Assembly (NCBI GenBank): GCA_963674945.2
Contig: CAXXWQ010000004.1
Coordinates: 2,176,001 to 2,240,000, forward strand
From: an uncultured Desulfosarcina sp.
GTDB taxonomy: Bacteria > Desulfobacterota > Desulfobacteria > Desulfobacterales > Desulfosarcinaceae
Length of the DNA: 64,000 nt
Direction: 5' to 3'
A program made the position numbers and the translations under genes. The notes under the pieces were generated by a model. It searched no databases. It saw only the letters and a list, made by a program, of their open reading frames with translations, and had not been told where the DNA came from. Positions within the stretch are counted from its first letter, which is position 1; each line of letters opens with the position of its first letter. Shown here piece by piece: positions 61,278-64,000 of this stretch.

Positions 61278-62141
61278 ATGGCCCAAGCGAAGGTGAGTAT
61301 ACCGGAAATCATCCAGGCGAAAGAGGAGGGGCGAAAACTGATCATGGTGACCGCCTACGATTACCCCTTCGGTCTCATGGCCGACGAAGCCGGTGTGGAC
61401 ATGGTTCTCGTGGGAGACTCCCTGGGAATGGTGGTCCTGGGGTTGGACAGTACGGTGCCGGTTACCATGGAGATGATGATTCATCACATCCAGGCGGTGG
61501 TTCGTGGATGCAAACGGGCAGTGGTCGTCGGTGACTTGCCCTTTATGAGCTACAACACCGGAATCCGGGATGCCGTCATCAATGCCGGACGATTGATGAA
61601 AGAAGGAGGATGTGACGCAGTGAAACTCGAAGGCGGCGTGGATTTCGCCCCGGTGGTCCAAGCCATCGTCAAAGCGGGAATCCCCGTCCAGGGCCATGTG
61701 GGCCTGACCCCCCAGACTGCCAGCGCCCTGGGTGGGTTCAGGATGCAGGGAAAAGATGCAACGGCGGCGCGAAAAATCATCGACGATGCCAAATCACTGG
61801 AAGCGGCCGGTGCCTTCTCCATCGTCGCCGAGGCGGTGCCGGCCCCATTGGGAAAACTGCTTTCCGAGTCGGTGACGGTTCCCATCATCGGTATCGGTGC
61901 CGGCGTGGATGTAGACGGCCAGGTGCTGGTCACCCACGACATGATTGGCCTGTTCGATCGGTTCGTTCCCAAGTTCGTCAAGCAATATACGAAGGTCCGT
62001 CCATCCATTATCGACGCCATCAAGTCTTTTGGCCAAGAGGTCCGAGATTCTGCGTTTCCAAAATCTGAACATAGCTTCTCCATGTCCGAAGAGACCCTCG
62101 CGAAATTAAAGGCATCACTCGAATCGAAAAAAAAGAAATAG
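61278..62141 (+). CDS. panB: 3-methyl-2-oxobutanoate hydroxymethyltransferase
   Basis: 'TAYD', 'LVGDSLG', 'DLPFMSY', 'VKLEGG', 'GHVGLTPQ'. Confidence 0.96.
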   Translation: MAQAKVSIPEIIQAKEEGRKLIMVTAYDYPFGLMADEAGVDMVLVGDSLGMVVLGLDSTVPVTMEMMIHHIQAVVRGCKRAVVVGDLPFMSYNTGIRDAVINAGRLMKEGGCDAVKLEGGVDFAPVVQAIVKAGIPVQGHVGLTPQTASALGGFRMQGKDATAARKIIDDAKSLEAAGAFSIVAEAVPAPLGKLLSESVTVPIIGIGAGVDVDGQVLVTHDMIGLFDRFVPKFVKQYTKVRPSIIDAIKSFGQEVRDSAFPKSEHSFSMSEETLAKLKASLESKKKK

Positions 62142-62169
62142 TATTCAGCCGGAAAAGGTAAGGCACCGC

Positions 62170-62331
62170 ATGGGAAAAATGGTCTTGTACGCAGTGGTTG
62201 TTGCCATCGTTCTTCTGGCGTTGGAATTTTTTCAAATCGTTGATATTCCTTATCTTGAGATACCCGACGGTCTGTCCAACAAGAAAGAGATGGTGGAAAA
62301 GACGGAAGATGTAATAAAGCAGATCAAATAG
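62170..62331 (+). CDS. Small membrane protein (53 aa) MGKMVLYAVVVAIVLLALEFFQIVDIPYLEIPD...
   Basis: Fills the panB-yceH gap in the same orientation; AAGG RBS; N-terminal TM helix. Confidence 0.55.
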   Translation: MGKMVLYAVVVAIVLLALEFFQIVDIPYLEIPDGLSNKKEMVEKTEDVIKQIK

Positions 62332-62370
62332 CCGCAACAGCGATGAAATGAATATCAAAAGAGGGAAAGA

Positions 62371-63012
62371 ATGGATCTTTCACTGGATGAACAGGAGATA
62401 AGAGTACTCGGCTGCCTGATGGAAAAAGCCATGGCAACGCCGGACTACTATCCCCTGTCTCTCAACGCGCTAACCAATGCCTGCAACCAGAAATCGAATC
62501 GCGATCCCGTGGTACAATGGGATGAGGATGTCGTTTCAAAGGCGGCGGCCAGTCTCATGGAAAAGAGTCTGGTCAACCGAAGCACGGTAGGCCGTGTACC
62601 CAAATACGAGGAGACCTTCACCCGCCACCACAACATGGTCACCGCCGAAGCCGCCGTCCTCTGCGTCCTTTTGCTCCGCGGTCCCCAGACGCCCGGTGCC
62701 ATTCGAAGCCGAACCGAACGGTGCCACGCCTTCGACGATCTGCAATCGGTACAGGAAACCTTGGAGCGACTGGATGAATGGGATCTCGTTTGCCAGTTGG
62801 CACGGTTGCCCGGACACAAAGAACCGCGATACATGCACCGGCTCGGTCAGAAAGACGTGCCGGATTACACCGAACCGCAAATCGTCGATTCCCCGACGCC
62901 TGCGGTTGATATCGATCGATTGAATCGGGTAGAGGATCGAATCGACGCGTTGCAGGCGGAGTTGGCGGATCTTCGGGCCGCATTCGAAACCTTTTCCCGA
63001 CAATTTGAATAG
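62371..63012 (+). CDS. DUF480/YceH family protein
   Basis: 'RVLGCLMEK..TPDYYPLSLNAL.NACNQKSNRDP', 'LLRGPQT'. Confidence 0.9.
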   Translation: MDLSLDEQEIRVLGCLMEKAMATPDYYPLSLNALTNACNQKSNRDPVVQWDEDVVSKAAASLMEKSLVNRSTVGRVPKYEETFTRHHNMVTAEAAVLCVLLLRGPQTPGAIRSRTERCHAFDDLQSVQETLERLDEWDLVCQLARLPGHKEPRYMHRLGQKDVPDYTEPQIVDSPTPAVDIDRLNRVEDRIDALQAELADLRAAFETFSRQFE

Positions 63013-63196
63013 GATAAACGTCGGTTACCCCCGATGATCCGTCGCTACCGCTTTTACTAAAGATTGAGCGAAAGCGATCGAAAATATTTATATAAAGGTT
63101 TTCTATGGAAGGCTTTTATCAATACTATTGATAAAAGCTTTTTACGAAATGATCTATCGGAAGAAAAACAGGATGCTTGGCTGAGGGTTGGCAAAT

Positions 63197-63916
63197 ATGG
63201 GGGACAGTGCGGAAATCAAGAAGGAAAAACTGAACGACCTTTTTAACGAGCTCATTGATAAGCGAATTATCATCTCCATGAACATTGTCGGGACCAAGTT
63301 TGATCGCCTCACCTGTATCACCGGAATTACCAAAGACGCAACGGGCAACCATTTGATCGTGGACCCGCCGGATGATTTTGCCGAAGCCGCAGCGGCAAAG
63401 GAAAAATGGCACCTTCGATTTAATTTCAACGGTCCGGATCATCTGGAATATATCTTCAGTACCAAAGGCGGCAGCTTGTGCAAGCAGGGATTGAAGATTC
63501 CCTTTCCCGATCATGTGGAACGGCTCCAGCGCAGGCGGGACTTCCGGGTGGATACCCTGCCGGATTCGAAGGTTCACTTTCAGTTAAACAAAATCCGGGG
63601 CACCCTCGACATGATCAATATCAGCCTTGGGGGGTTTTACGGTGTCTTGACCAAGCATAATTTCAAATTTATCCGGGGCCCGATTGTAAAAAAAGATCAG
63701 CAGGTCCATGATATCAGCATGGTCTTTCCGGGAATCGAAAACAATCCAGGGGCAACCGTTTACGTAAAGCGGGCCGAAGTCAAGAGAATCGATTACGACA
63801 AGGATAATAAATTTTACCGCTATGCCTTTGAAATCATAGAGATTGAAAAGGAAGAACGGGACATCCTCCGGCTGACGATTTATGATCTGCAGCGATACTA
63901 TCTCAGGCGCCGATAA
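63197..63916 (+). CDS. YcgR-like PilZ domain protein
   Basis: 'QRRRDFR' and 'NISLGG' motifs after an N-terminal beta domain. Confidence 0.8.
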   Translation: MGDSAEIKKEKLNDLFNELIDKRIIISMNIVGTKFDRLTCITGITKDATGNHLIVDPPDDFAEAAAAKEKWHLRFNFNGPDHLEYIFSTKGGSLCKQGLKIPFPDHVERLQRRRDFRVDTLPDSKVHFQLNKIRGTLDMINISLGGFYGVLTKHNFKFIRGPIVKKDQQVHDISMVFPGIENNPGATVYVKRAEVKRIDYDKDNKFYRYAFEIIEIEKEERDILRLTIYDLQRYYLRRR

Positions 63917-64000
63917 TCAGTGCCAATCCAGAAATGGCAAATTTGCCCGATATCGGCGTTGCGCTCAAAATTTTATCCTCGGAATATCAACCATATGCCT

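Noticed and set aside
1..64000. Selenoproteins via in-frame TGA, tRNA/rRNA genes, intact transposases or prophage genes
   Set aside because: None recognised by eye; redox motifs seen use Cys. tRNAscan-SE and bSECISearch would be needed to exclude them fully

Overview
Bacterial chromosomal segment. The gene content (Na+-NQR, DUF3786/Fe-S proteins, TRAP, PilZ proteins, several sigma54 sites, a palindromic GACGGCTTCGTAAAAAG-type repeat) points to a Desulfobacterales-like sulfate-reducing Desulfobacterota; the taxon is inferred, not proven. Core and metabolic genes include citrate synthase, nqrA-F, purF, ssb, glnS, an rlmN-like gene, panE-panB with a TRAP transporter, and two RND pumps. Two AT-richer accessory stretches interrupt them. 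The first (about 2.3-8.3 kb) holds a KstD-like flavoenzyme, a double Lrp regulator, an Adc-like protein, a TIR-like protein and gene remnants. The second (about 26-29.5 kb) holds a methyltransferase, a transglutaminase-like gene, a type IV pilin and three sigma54 promoters. No rRNA, tRNA, CRISPR array or intact transposase was seen. The observations most worth checking are: a candidate sigma54-driven ~100-nt sRNA with an anti-Shine-Dalgarno seed beside an aromatic-rich pilin; a solitary TIR-like protein with Thr in place of the expected catalytic Glu; a thioredoxin-reductase fusion whose frameshift lies next to an in-phase A_AAA_AAG slippery site; an NQR with RnfC-like Fe-S motifs in NqrA and a Ser FMN site in NqrC; a PurF without the N-terminal Cys; and several unannotated small proteins, including a cargo-less PEP-CTERM-like peptide. 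All family calls come from motif recognition by eye; no database search was run.
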